23,878 nucleotides of DNA from Candidatus Hadarchaeota archaeon (GTDB lineage Archaea > CAYQAE01 > CAYVLA01): assembly GCA_964452145.1 (NCBI GenBank), contig CAYVLA010000046.1:1-23878 (forward strand), written 5' to 3'. Position numbers and translations under genes: made by a program. Positions 23,738-23,878 of the stretch are shown here, in pieces. The notes beneath the pieces are model-generated. The model did not search any database. It saw only the letters and a list, made by a program, of their open reading frames with translations, and was not told the origin of the DNA. Numbering within the stretch: the stretch's first letter is position 1; each line of letters starts with the position of its first letter.

Positions 23738-23878
23738 ATGGTGAAACGAAGAGGGATAGTTCTAAGCCCAAGCGACCTGCATGAGAGGTGGCCCTCATGG
23801 TTGGACGAGGCTGGTCTGAACGTCCTTGGCCTTCACGCCAGCGTGCCTGAACTGATATCCTTCAGCAGGTCTCCCGAA
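23738..23878 (+). CDS. Hypothetical protein, N-terminus only (possibly DUF4838-like TIM barrel)
   Basis: ATG 12 nt after the AKR stop; open to the window end: MVKRRGIVLSPSDLHERWPSWLDEAGLNVLGLHASVPEL... The family call rests on recalled resemblance only. Confidence 0.6.
   Translation, partial: MVKRRGIVLSPSDLHERWPSWLDEAGLNVLGLHASVPELISFSRSPE

Noticed and set aside
1..23878. CRISPR array, transposase/integrase, prophage or defence system
   Set aside because: No regularly spaced repeats, terminal inverted repeats, or recognisable recombinase, nuclease or viral proteins.

Overview
A gene-dense, GC-rich window that looks archaeal. This is inferred from BRE/TATA boxes about 21-23 nt ahead of leaderless ATGs, GGTGA/GGAGGTG Shine-Dalgarno sites, and frequent AGG/AGA and ATA codons. 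It holds about 22 CDSs. I see no rRNA, tRNA, CRISPR array or mobile element. Four groups stand out. (1) Sugar/aminosugar-type enzymes scattered through the window: an MFS transporter, a DegT-family aminotransferase, a Gfo/Idh/MocA oxidoreductase, two xylose-isomerase-like TIM barrels, a DUF362 Fe-S protein, a UroD-like protein and an aldo/keto reductase. (2) A membrane module with a strong TATA box, a structured ~110-nt leader containing a possible uORF, a 79-aa orphan, a flotillin/SPFH protein and a UPF0182 membrane protein. (3) A complete group 3b [NiFe] sulfhydrogenase-type operon (hydBGDA) translationally coupled to a ferritin/rubrerythrin-like gene and divergent from a glyoxylate-reductase-like dehydrogenase. 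(4) A divergent pair of old paralogous exported, C-terminally anchored ~410-aa proteins of unknown function that share an identical LMVRRRLYR tail. Groups 2 and 4 are the best candidates for undescribed systems. All family calls come from motif recognition only; no searches were run.
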